Of a stretch of 64,000 nt of DNA, positions 25,557 to 37,496 are shown one piece after another. This stretch comes from Amphiscolops sp. MND2022 (Eukaryota). Numbering within the stretch: position 1 is the first letter of the stretch; every line of letters begins with the position of its first letter. The translations under genes and the position numbers were made by a program. The notes below the pieces were generated by a model that saw nothing but the letters and a program-made list of their open reading frames with translations, ran no database searches and had not been told where the DNA came from. The stretch lies in contig OZ076418.1 of the NCBI GenBank assembly GCA_964187785.1, positions 14,384,001-14,448,000 of the forward strand, read 5' to 3'.

Positions 25557-27215
25557 TCAGTTCAACTTGCTCCTTTCTACCGTCTGAGACTCGAAGATCC
25601 GAATCAAATCGTTATCAGTGGTACAGACTTCAAAAACATTTAAAGTTACTTAAACTGAGATAATTGTTTTGAATGTTTGTTCTTGTTGCTATTTTCTTAG
25701 CATTCGTTTGTGTTATAATGTTCGTTAATGTTGAATTGGACGCCTTGTTGCCTCCACTGATTTAATTAAAACAGCGGTTTAACCGTTGGCAAATCGAAAG
25801 AAAAAGAAAAAAAACTTTGATCAAATAAATTAGTCTCTAGTGACAATGTTACTAGTTGACCCAAGCCGAGCCTTTATTTTTACTCCCACTTTACCTCATA
25901 AGAGTGTACTGTAGTTTAATATAGCTTTCAAAATAATAGAGCATTTGTAGCAAGACTATGTAGGAAGCTTTCATGATCAGCATGATGAATTACCCATGAA
26001 ACAGCATACTGTGCTCATACTTCTTTTCATTGACAGTTTATACTGCTTCATGCAGTTCTTACTAAGCCACATATGCGGCTTTCGCTAAAAAACAGCATGG
26101 CGACTACATCCGTGTACACGTTTATACTCCTCACCGCATTATGCGGAAATATCTCAAAACAGCATGATGTTTAATTCATATTTAACATAATGAACAGCAG
26201 TGGAACAGTACCGATGAATTATACTGCATTATGCGGTTTCCATAAAACAGTATAAATGCGGATATACTGACGGAACGTCACAATCCGCATATTGCTTCTA
26301 TAGTAATTTACTGATGTAGCTGTGCTATATTTAGACCTTCTAGGGATATGACGTTATGAATTATTTTTAATCCCTGACCCTAGAATCATGACGTTATGAT
26401 GATTTGTATAAAATTGATTGTTATGCTACTAAAATTACCACCCAATAGAATCATTCGAAGAGAGTCCCTAAGAAATCATTTTTCCCCACATTCTTTCGAA
26501 AAAATCTCACGCAGAACACAGTCACTCAATTTCACAAACTACCCACAGTTCTCAAACTTTGCAGTTTTCTTTCTTTGTAAAGATAACTTCCACGGTTTCA
26601 TTTCACCAAAATATCTTTGTATTTCAAAGATTTCTACACTCAACACTGTTTTCATCATGGGAAATAAAAGAAATAGACGTTCAAGGAGGATAGAATCTCA
26701 GTCATCAGACAGAGAAGAGAATGCTTCAGAAACAAGCTTCACTCAAGGTAATGCGACTTTAGTTGATGTTTCTGAAAATGTTAATAACATTTTTGACAGG
26801 AACTTAGGTAGTGAACTGACAGAACCTTCACAAATCAGCAATGAAATAGAAGTAATATCCCAGAGATTATTTGAACAAAACAGTAACAAGATGACACAAA
26901 TTGAACAGCAACTGAATAGTAAATTCGAAGAGATACTCAGAGAAATTAGAACAAATAAAGAAAGCAATTTGTCAAATGATGAAGAGGATGCCGAGAACAA
27001 TAGGCCAGGTCCATCTAACTCGAAAAATAGAAGTCTCAGGAGTAACCACGCATCAAATACAACACTAGACAGAGACAAAAATCAGGATGATCAGTTTTGC
27101 CCTTCTGAAATGAGTGAATTGAGACAACCGTACACACCATTCGGAATTGCTAATGAGACACTAGACGAAACTATCATTATAAACGAAAACAGACAGGAGA
27201 ATGCCGATCATCACA
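25510..27215 (+). repeat. E1 3' LTR (1706 bp), carrying an uninterrupted Gag N-terminus copy from ATG 26657
   Basis: Direct repeat of 11325-13045; followed by TSD CTGAG. Confidence 0.95.
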
Positions 27216-27533
27216 CTGAGTTAGGAATGTTATCATTTTGATGTTTAGATCGGTATGGGATTTTCAACAGACGAAACCGGAAGTGGTAAAATCATTGCGT
27301 ATGAAAACTTTAAACCGGAAGTTTCATTTTATCTAAGGATCATTTTTGGCTAAATTACGTTACGCGTACGTCGACAGTCTTATTTAAATCTACTACTTAG
27401 CTATTAGATTGCACCGTAAGTAAGAGTTTCCTAACAAATTACTGCGCCTGGGAGTAACCATGTCCCATTCCTTTTGATTGTCTATGGATGCCATGCTGGC
27501 AGTACATGCACCAGCCGGGAGCGGGCTGTGACA
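27216..27533 (-). repeat. Probable LTR 5' end (TGTCACAG...), possibly the outer part of the E0 5' LTR split by E1
   Basis: TGTCACAGCCCGCTCCCGGCTGG resembles TGTCACAGTCCGTTCCCGAACTGG at 49992; both have an ACCGGAA..AAAATCATT motif ~250 bp further in. Confidence 0.5.
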
Positions 27534-29603
27534 AAAACTTAATCAAACATTTGAAACAGTATAACATTTCCCGTTGACTTTACCAGTTGCTCAGTTCACT
27601 GTATAAACAGTTCGTTTTTTCGAAATGTCTTCCACTAGAATACAAAAAGCGAAAGAGTAGAGATTGTGTCAGTCTGACGTGCTATCCAAATTGGACATTA
27701 TGAACTTAGTATTAGAGAACAATATTGCTAACTATTACTGGAATCATTTTCTCACAAGATCTATGCGTAATTCACTCACTGGAGAAAATAGTCAAAAGAC
27801 ATTTGAAAAAAAACATGGATTTTGACAGAAGGGTTGAATATTCAATTTACGCAGAGAATAGAATGCGAAAGTGATTCCCCAGATTGAAGTCATCTCAAAC
27901 AGGTGTTGAACTTTCAGAGTGACTCTAGGGTTGATATGACTGGAACGAAAAGATAATCACGCGAGACAAACAAAACTTATTCTAACATCCCTGATTCACT
28001 CATCGCTAATCAGACGAGAAAATTCTCTAAAGTCGCAACAGAGTCACGACAGCTCAATAAAGTTTCCAAGATAACAAAGTCGGTCAGACTACTATGTGGC
28101 TATGCTGGTGACGTTTTTTCAATCCATATATCGTTTGATATTTTGATTCGACTTGAAAAACATATTTTTGATATTGAAAAAAAACCATTGTTGCATATCT
28201 GATCAAAACTTGAAGGACTTTTGCATCTGAGCTCTGAAAATATTCGTTGTTCAAATTGGGTCTCTTTAGCTTTTTGGCACCCCAGTGTATATCTGTATGG
28301 CTTTTTGGCACCCCATGAACTTAGGCAATCATGATGAAGAAAAAAGGATGGAAACTTCAAAAGACTTTTTTTTACAGGGTGAGGAAGTACGACAGATGTT
28401 TAAACCATAAGGGTAGTAAGGAGTTCCGGTGAAATGCGTGAACTAGAATGACCAGGATGAAAAGTTTTGACAAGATCGGAAACAGGTTTGTAATGAAAAG
28501 TTTTTCCAACATAGGTTTTTGGTCTTGACTGGTTCCTTCCAGGAATTAAAAACATCTCTGGCAATCTTGTCATCAAACTTATCGATTCTTAGTTGAATTA
28601 GCTGATTATATTGAAGTATAACTTCATGATTGAAGCAGCGGAAAGGCAAAATAAAAAAACAGTTTTCATTCATTAGTTGAGTGAGTTTCGGAAGATGTCG
28701 TCTGGAGATGAATTGCTACTCTCTTCTGTTGCTAAGCAGGGCTTGTCGAGGTCTCAAGTTTGTGAATTGTCAATGCAGTTTTACATCATTTCAAGTATTT
28801 TTGCTTCAAAACAACACACTTTGGATATAAGGCTGCATGATTCAAGTTGGGACCCTGAAATAACAGGATGATTTTCAGTGGGAAAAAAGTAACTTCATCT
28901 AGCTATTCACTTTCAGAATTAGCTTCGATAGTTACTTTGATAACCTACATTAACATTCCAAACCTGTATGCAACCTTGTTACGCAGTAACCAAATTGTTC
29001 ATTATCTAATAAGCATTGGTTCCTTGACATTTGATGAAAGTTATATCGATAGTATCACAACATATGGATTTATTAACTACTGGTTTAAACAACGAAATAT
29101 CCTAATTTTTATTCTAGTAAATTCTAGATGTTTGCACTAATTTCATTTTTTTTCAGGAAAAATATTCAAATAATGACGCAAGCTAGGCATGGTGTCTCTA
29201 CCTGTTATCGCTATTGCCTCAATTGAAATTCGAAACGTACTTTTTTTGCCAAAAAAAGAGAGGAAGCAGTCCATAACATGGTAAATGATTCGTTCCGATG
29301 GTAAAATTAAACGTTTCTGGATTCGTCTCGTAGAAAGTTAATCATCTTAGTTCGCATTTTTTGCCCAAACGTTCACATTTTTTGCCCAAACCAAAGAAGA
29401 GAAATGCCCCACTGAGCATTCATCAAAGTATATGACAATTGGAAACATCATTATCATCAATTACATATTTCAAGGTCTAAGGAAGTGAACTCGTGCCAGT
29501 GATGAAACACACTATTCTCGGATGTGATTTTCTAGTTATCAACATCTAGACGAGGGGAAACTTCATGTTCCAAAAGATACAATACATGCGAATCAAGGCA
29601 CCG

Positions 29604-29805
29604 TTAATACTCGGAATTAGGAAACGGTCTAACTCTGGAGAACTCATTTTGTTCTACATCGTAAACTTCTGTGGTGTTGTACCATTTTCCGCCATTGCAT
29701 GTCCCTATGATATGAATTTTGTCACCGAGTAGACCCACGGTGGGAGATTTACGTGGTGAAGGCAGACTACATATATACTGCCACGTGTCTGTAGATGGGT
29801 CGTAT
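29604..29805 (-). CDS. Kelch-repeat exon, likely the terminal exon of a host Kelch-like gene or a remnant
   Basis: RYDPSTDTWQYICSLPSPRKSPTVGLLGDKIHIIG...TTEVYDVEQNEF; TTTCAG acceptor just upstream of 29805; stop at 29604. Confidence 0.7.
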
Positions 29806-30569
29806 CTGAAACACACCATTAACGGATCCAATTGCCGTCTAGTTTTTTTTATGGAAGAAACAAAGTGTACCCGAGCTGTGATTTCTCGATAAACTTTACC
29901 ACACTTCGTCTTGAAACTCAACTGAGAGAAAACCTCTCTTAGATTTCAACGACCCAATTCCACGATGTTCGAAAGAATCTAGAAATGCGTGAAAAAGTTT
30001 CTCAGGGTATCTATGAACTTGGTGTTCCTAATTGCTATGATTCATGAAAGGGTTCAATTTTCTGTGTGATTCCATATGGCCGAACAAAATTAATATCTGA
30101 GTTTTTAGACAAACTACCACTCTCTATATTGAATTCTAACCAGGAGAGCGAAACCCAGATATATTTCAACGACGCAAAATTCACCAGGAAAATTTGAAAG
30201 GAACAAGGAAAGTGTGAAAAGTACAGTTCCTGACAGAATGAACCTGAGTGGGCCTATTCAAAGTGTTGTGTATCTTCATAGAGTTCGCCTATTTTCCAGG
30301 GATTACATCTTTGAAGCGAAGGTATACAATCCATAGTAGGGGGTGATAACAATTCATGATCTTTAGAAGAAGAAGAAGAAAGTTTATTTCCCCATTACCG
30401 CGGGGTGGACGCCGAATAAGCAGTTCTGCTTTTCTAAGTCGGCGCCCTTTCGGATACTATCTGCCCATAGCAAGCTATGGTACCATATTTGCAGCCAAGT
30501 GGTCAAGCAATGGTGGACTTGAAGCTGTGGTTTCAGAGTGACTTGCTCAAGGTCACAAAGGTCTGACTA

Positions 30570-30749
30570 CTCACCGTTGCTCTTTTTATTTTGCTTTTCC
30601 CAGCCAAATGCGTTATTTTTTGTCATTGACCATACCACTAAGCTAGGGATGAAAGACTTGCTCAAGGCCCAACAATGGTGAGTTGAGAGAGATTCGAACC
30701 TGATACCGCCCCAGTACAGGCCGAATGCTCTAACCACTACGCCATGCTC
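30570..30749 (-). mobile_element. tRNA-derived SINE
   Basis: A-box TGGCGTAGTGG, B-box GGTTCGAATCT, then CCTTGAGCAAG core-like motif and an A-rich tail. Confidence 0.7.
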
Positions 30750-31294
30750 TTTATTCAACTTCTTCTGGAGTAACAAACGTTGAGTCCAACACCATCTCCA
30801 TTCAACTTGCATTCATGATAACAATAGAACGGAAGAATGAGCGTTATTTCCGAATAATGCTGCTGATTTTGAATTCAGTGGAAACACAGCATTGAAACCA
30901 GCAGGCACCCTCCGAGTTCTCGTCCTAAGCCCTTAGGATGATTTCACTGGAAATTTATTATAACCAAACAACTGGCCTTTCCATAGAACTATTTTGAGAA
31001 TCTTCGCACCGAACATCCTTATGTTGTTAAATTGTGTTTTCTGGCCACCAGTCTAATTCGTCTAATTCGTCTAAACTTTCAGAGATTATTAGCAAAGCTG
31101 CAGGGTCAAATGTTAAATCAGGTCTGACCTTCTGTGATTTGGAGATAGTTAGGAGGTCTCAGGCAGTGAACATTGACATACAACTTATGATAAGGTTTGA
31201 ATATGAAACGAATCGCTGCAGCTCACCAAAACTTATCCAGAAATTTTTTAAGAAGCTACTCGAAATGCAGAAACGGATAACTGTAAACAGCACC

Positions 31295-31542
31295 TGTCGT
31301 GAACATTACGGTGGTTTTTGTCACCGTGTTCACTGTTGAGAGTAGTTTTAGCTTTCACGTTGTGCTGAACTTCGGAATAACTTTCCGGTCTCTCATCGGA
31401 TCTCTCCCATCCCCTTCTAGTCTCCTGTCTTGAGCCGGCCATAATAACGTCCTCTAATATATTGGTAGAGTTCCGGCCGCTATTTCCTGTCCTTCTGCGG
31501 TAGTAGTGATCCTTGTACCATCACAGGCGGCAGCCTGCGACA
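31295..31542 (-). repeat. E2 3' LTR (248 bp)
   Basis: Direct repeat of 43629-43876. Confidence 0.97.
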
Positions 31543-31921
31543 CTGCGGGTGTTAGGAAAAGTAAGCTTCCTGCGTTCAAGCCATTTTCATAAGCCTCTCG
31601 TCGTAGGGCGGTAATATAAGCGGGCTCACTGCTAGGTGTCGATCTTTGCATGTACCAGTTCACCTTTTCTGCTTTTATTTGATCTCTCGACTTGCCACAT
31701 ACCATACAGCCTGTGTGCAAATTTTGGCTCACATCCTGGTAAGGCTCGATATTTTGCACATGATAGGACGCATAGAAAGATCCAGAGGTTGACTGCGCAA
31801 GAGGGGTGTCAATGCTCGGTCCCCTTTCATGGTCGGGAGGAGACTGTGGGGACTCCAGAACGGGTAATACAGTTGCACAGAGCTCGACTTTTGATTTTCT
31901 TTGTTTTTTCGATGGAGCCAA
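31454..31921 (-). CDS. E2 ORF-X: 155-aa CxxC protein ending 89 nt inside the 3' LTR
   Basis: TGCMVCGKSRDQIKAE...RREAYENGLNAGSLLF; crosses the LTR boundary at ...CCCGCAG|TGTCGCAGG. Confidence 0.75.
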   Translation of the reverse strand: MAPSKKQRKSKVELCATVLPVLESPQSPPDHERGPSIDTPLAQSTSGSFYASYHVQNIEPYQDVSQNLHTGCMVCGKSRDQIKAEKVNWYMQRSTPSSEPAYITALRREAYENGLNAGSLLFLTPAVSQAAACDGTRITTTAEGQEIAAGTLPIY

Positions 31922-31939
31922 GCATATTTCCTTGTTAAA

Positions 31940-32243
31940 TTACTCGAATCCCAGTTTAAGGGTAGAGGGCGGAACAGGCCATGCACTGCTTGGTCCAGCT
32001 GTCATCTCGTCGTCTAAATCTTCCGTCGTCATCCCGCGTCTCGCTATAGGGATTGGAGCTGCTTTCACCTCTCGTTCTATTCTTTCTATGATCTCTTCTG
32101 TATCCGTGGACGGACCAGTCTGAGTCCCAGGAACTTGAGACTTCATTCTCACTGTCACTTGAGATGTAGCTAACTGAATCCACTGAACTTTCTGAGTCTT
32201 CTTCAAGATCAAAGAGCTTTTTAGTTAGGTTATACCTCTGCAT
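31940..32243 (-). CDS. Acidic Ser-rich ORF(s) upstream of ORF-X, in two overlapping frames
   Basis: LFDLEEDSESSVDS resembles the acidic N-termini of E1 ORF-X (LINISSSSEEE) and the E3 ORF (LFDVSSSSEDEEE). Confidence 0.4.
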
Positions 32244-33293
32244 TATGAGTTTCTTAGCAATTTTGCTGATTGGGAAAGTTAACTAGCTTGAGTGAGATTT
32301 CAAAGTGGAATGAACTTACCAACTCAAAAATTTTGTCGACTCGGGCCTTTTCCCGGCAATTCGTTTTTGGCGGTCGAGTTATCGGTAAATCGCCCTGATC
32401 CGACGTGAACATTCCTGAATGGAATTTTATAATTAGTCGGCATCCTTTGATAACTCAGTGTTTACCCCCTATCAGCACCATCACTCTGAGAGGTGTTAAT
32501 GACGCTTGAGTTGTAAATATTATCTTCACCCGTTTCAAGTGGGTAATTAACAGTTTGCCTGAGAGCGATTAACGGCACGCGACGCGGATTTCTTTCAAAA
32601 TGGCTTCAGCCAATCAGCTTTAAGCTTCGATAAATTGCAAAATTAAATAATAAAAATGGCGAAAATAATAAATCCAAGTAATCCAAGTGATCCAAAAATT
32701 CTAACTAAAAGGTAACTAAGACAACTGAACGAAACGGCAAAACAAAACAGGGCAAACGACCATAACCGGCCTCAAACTAAATAAGCTGTAAATAACAAAG
32801 TTCTTTGTACACTTCGCTGGCAGACTCCATGTACAGAATAAATATGTAGATAATCCATAATATTAGTCTGGTAATAATCTTCAGCCACGAACTCCAACTC
32901 TTCAATTGTTTTACATTAAAATTCCAATCCAATTCCATTTCTGATTACTCTACATTTGTTTCTTTTATTTGTATTCATCCAACTGAGATTCATCCTTGTA
33001 CGTCCAGCTCTTCTTCCGTCAGCTCTTCTCTTTGGAATATCCCGGATCTCCTTCTTCAGCCGAACTCGGCCAAGTCCCTTATCCATTACAGCCGAACAAG
33101 GACTCATTCCCTACAATCAGTCTTGCCCCAGAATGTCTTCGTCTGAAGGTTGGTTTGTTTTATTTTTGAACTGAATCTAACTTGATCAGGGTTCAATTTG
33201 TTCACAAAATGCTTCCTGTTTCCGTCAATGATTACGTGATAACGTTTCCATTCAAATTTTCAAGCACTTCCGGAAGTTTTCTAATGCGGTGAA

Positions 33294-36200
33294 ATGGATT
33301 TCTTTCAAGGAAGCTCACCGCCAAATTTCATCTCTTTTTGTTTAGCAAATCAGCCAGGAGATGATCCTCAAGCCCAAGCCAACAATTCAGCAGATATTCC
33401 CAGCGAGCGTGTCCTGACTACTACTTCTGCAGGAGTGTCCAACGTTATCCGTAGGCCGCAACCATCGCCTCCACCCTTCCCACCAACAAGACCTCCGAGG
33501 TCGCCTGGCAGTCCTGACAGTAACGTTGACGTTACTGCGTATGCGGATGAGAAAGTTCTGTTTCTTGAACAAGCCCAGGAACAGGAAGAGGGACAAGTTG
33601 CCAAGGGTTCTGAAATCAGGGAACAGGAGATTGAAGAGAGTGCCACTGAAGGTCCGTCTGCCGCTGGGATTGAACCCCAAAATTCTACATTGTTTTTCCA
33701 AACTAGCACTCCAACCAAGAACTTGCCCAGTGAGTCTGCAGGGCTGAATTTAACACAACTAGAAGTCGGTCTAACGATTGCTCCCTCCTCTCTGACGGCA
33801 TTGCCAGAGTTGTTGACAACTTGCGGAACTTCTGCCAACGTGTCAGCAGCGTCATTCCTTCAGCATGAGACTGATGAGAGTTCCTCTGTATGTGATGCCC
33901 CCAAACTGCCAACGGGAGTCACGGATGTGATATATTTGGACGACGTGACTGGGACTGAGGAAGCCGGTGACACATCCAGCCAGGCAAGTGGGCCTGCCCT
34001 ATACAATTTCCAGCCAGTAGGAAATGTGACTGAAACTGCAGGAGAATCATCAGTTGATACTTCTATCCATCGTCCCGATATCATGCGTCCGTCAACGTCA
34101 ACGTCTGCAGGGCAAGATTCCAAAGTCAGGGAGCTCTCCGGCCGCAGCCGGGCCATTTTAAAACAGTACTTTGATGAGGATGCTACCACCATCAATTTCC
34201 CTCTCGGCCATAGAACAGTGGCTTTTACTGAGCCACAAGTATATCATCTTTTGAGAGTTCTTACTGATGAGACGTTGAAAATGTCCTATACTGCCTTGGA
34301 ACAGATGGTGATTGGGGCAGTTCGCGGAGCGCCGGTCACTTCCAGTTCCCGAACTGATCATTTCCGAGTCAGGCCAAGAGCCCAAACTCCAGGACCTGGT
34401 CTGCATAGCGATTCTGAAGACAGCTCACGCTCTGAGAATTTTCCTGAATCGGGAACCGATACGTCTGCTGGATCAAGTTCAGGGCAAGAAGACAGAGGGC
34501 TGGACTCCTGCAACGATACTGATAGTTCTGGGGAGATGGCTCTCATCTCACAGGCCTTCAAGGAGCCTTTCAGACCTGCTTCAACTTCCCGCAAAACTAC
34601 ACAAGACGATCCCTCTCAAGCAGGCTTTGAATCTGCGGAGCAGTCAAGCCTTGATGCCACTCTTTCTGAGTTGCGGACTCAAACTTCTCCCGCCCCGCCT
34701 TTGGCTTCAAGTTCGGGTAAAGCGCCCAAAAGGAAGCGACGCAAGCAGACTCGAGGTGTCCCTATGAGAGAGGAGTTCTTCTCTAAGATCGGTTGGACGC
34801 GCTCATTCATTTCCGGACCAGCAGATCCCCTTCACAATCCAAATATGGTGTGGTGCCATATATGCAAAAAGAATATCTCCGTGAAAACTAAGGGGACTTT
34901 AGAAATCTTGCGACACCACAGGACTGAGAAGCACCTCCGACGGGATCAAAGATGGCGCTACGAGCACCTTAAAAGCGTCCACTCCGTGTCTGGAAAAGTG
35001 CAACAACGAGTGAGAGGCCGTAATGGGAAGATCCTTTCAGAGATAGAGTTGGCAAAGGAGATGCGCCACTTCATGCACGTCGAGCTGGTGGACATCGGAG
35101 AACGCTTCCCTTTTTATGATGATTTCATAAAAGGTACGTCAACCACACTTGTCACCCCTGAATCAAGAGCCAAGACGCAGATCCATCTCATCGGGAACTT
35201 CGTACAACAACTTGGAGATATTGGAATGCTCCGCAAATTGTGGTCCCAAATAGGCTCTTTGACCAATTACCAGATCAGCTACTGCGACTTCGATTGGGGC
35301 GAGGAAAGAATTTCGGTAAGTTCTCTTTTGAGTTTGCGTACTGCTTGAGGGAGGCTAAAGCCCTCCACACATTTCGTAATCCTCCTTTTCCTTTCCAGGC
35401 CATCTTCCAGCACATTTTCAATTGTGCAATGAATGATTTAGCGGAGCAGATTGCTACCACACAGCACTTTGCCATCGAGTTTGAGGATGAGGGCGTGAAC
35501 AGACTCAAGTCTGTCAAATTCTGGAAGGGCGACACTCTCTGTCGAATCTACGTGTGCCGGAGTGGGCTTCCTTCCTCTGATCTCACTGGGGAGCTAGGGT
35601 CTCTTTCCCGACTTCTCTCAGTAGTGTCCACCAAGGCCGATATAGTTGCTTGCTCAGGATGTCCAGTGGAGCTGATCCAGACTATCGACCATAATGCTTT
35701 CTTCCCTCGGGCTGTCCAGAGTTGCTTTCGCTTCGAGCACCTGCAGCTCCCGAAGATGATGCACAAGCCAACTTACAGTGTGTTTGGCAGAATAGACTTC
35801 TTCTCTGTTCTGAAATGCCTCACGGTTTCACTTGGAGCAGCTACTGGCGAGGACTGGGTCCTGCAATCCCCTGAGCTAGCACAAGTTAGTATATTAAGTT
35901 CAAACATAAGGCGCAAAGGGTCAGGGGGTAGGTACGGGCAAAAGACAATTTGGGTTCATTTAGGCCATTGATACCTGCAAACTGGACTTGCCGAGTTTAC
36001 CCAACCTCTGCCGGGAACTCGTAAAACATTGGAAGGCAGTCAGGCAGTACTTGACATCACACACTCCACATCAAGGAATGCAGGGCGTCCACAATCAAGT
36101 GCAGAGTTTCGAGTGGTCTCTCATCTGCGACTCTTTCTTCGTCGTCAAGTTGGAACTCTTCCAACGCATAATCAGTGATTGTGAGTATAACGCTACATGT

Positions 36201-37496
36201 CCATATCGATACTTTAAGGCATTATCTGGACGGTCCTTGATCCTTGATTCTTTGGGCTACTAGCATAGTAGGCATATTGTCATGGGTTCACGTGAACATT
36301 TTGTTCCTTTCATGATCTTGTCCGTTGTATTTCCAGATGTTTCCAGTTTCGTTGTCAATCTGCAAGGCCGACGAGATGCGTCATTTTTCCTCTGTGGAGA
36401 AGTCTGTCGTTTCGTCTCCAAGCTATGCGCCAGATGCTACTTGCCAGAAACCATCCCTCTCGAGAATTCGTGGTTCCTTCTCCTTAATTTCGACGTGAGC
36501 GAAGGAAAGTTCATCAGTGAGGAAGATTTCCTTATCCGGCACCGATTGACAAATCGGATAGCTACTGCCAGCAAACAGTGTGCTGATGTTGTTCATCTGA
36601 ACAAAAAATCCGAGAAGGCCGCCATTGATAGGACAGCTGCAGAAACAACTAGCAGTTTTATCAAAGAGGGACTGCACTTCATTCAGTACCTGATCAAGCA
36701 GGTCCTCAACCAAGCCGGCCTGAGTTCCGAGGTGATCAAGTGGTTGGCCGCCTTTGACCCTTTTGTCCTTTTCAAGAGGCCGACTGAGGTCGGACTCCGG
36801 CATTTTGAGGTGCTACACTCGACCTTTCAGCTTCGTTCTTGGGTCTCCAGTGAGAATGAGAACATCTGTCGAGATGAGTATTTGGCTTTGTTGGATCACC
36901 TGCGAGTCAATTATCCTCCAGATTTTGATTTCAAGGAAAATTCCAGTGACCTCATAGACTTCCTGATGCGGCTCGAGTTTTTTCAAACTCATGAGCTCAT
37001 TTTCCATCTCTTCAAGCTGTGCTGCTTGTGTTTGACAGGTCAAAGTCCCCAATATCCTCCAGTATCTTTTGGGAGTGTTGACACTTCTGGACACCGACGC
37101 CGTTTTGCTGACCTGGTAGTGCCCTGTCAGAGTTACCTTTCTTGCGTGCCTGATTCCATTTCGTATTGTTGCTCTGATGCCAATTTAGAAAAGTTCTCAG
37201 CTCTCAGTTCTTCCTTCGAGCGTTCCGCTTTCTCCCCTGATTACGATCCATGGACCTTTGTGGATGAGTTCGGTAGGTCCAAGATCTACAAGAGCCTTCT
37301 TGCCTCCTATAAGGCCGTCACTGCTGTTTCCCCCACTCGGGCTGTTCGTCTGGGGAAAGGAACTGCCTCTTCCGTGCCGGATGACTCTGCCGTAAAGTTT
37401 CCTTCCCGGACCCAACGGAAAAGAATGGGCAGCAGTAGTTCCACTATCTCGTCCGCCTCCAAGAAACTTGTCCATTGTTATATTTTCCTCCTCTAG
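33294..37496 (+). CDS. E2 antisense cargo gene: four exons, open ~1294-aa BED-finger / hAT-transposase-like protein
   Basis: Exons 33294-35315, 35399-35884, 35964-36180 and 36337-37496 (3885 nt = 1295 codons). Introns GTAAGT..CAG, GTTAGT..TAG and GTGAGT..CAG, phases 0,0,1; the third removes the in-frame TAG at 36261. VWCHIC...HHRTEKH finger; FKLCCL; DYDPW. Confidence 0.82.

Larger units (their letters stand above)
11325..27215 (+). mobile_element. E1: complete 15.9-kb Ty3/Gypsy LTR retrotransposon with antisense cargo gene; pol defective
   Basis: Paired LTRs TGTCGCC...CATCACA; 5-bp TSD CTGAG at 11320-11324 and 27216-27220; PBS, gag, PR-RT-RH-IN. Confidence 0.97.

Noticed and set aside
28269-28316. 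15-bp direct repeat CTTTTTGGCACCCCA as a transposon end
   Set aside because: No inverted partner or TSD found.
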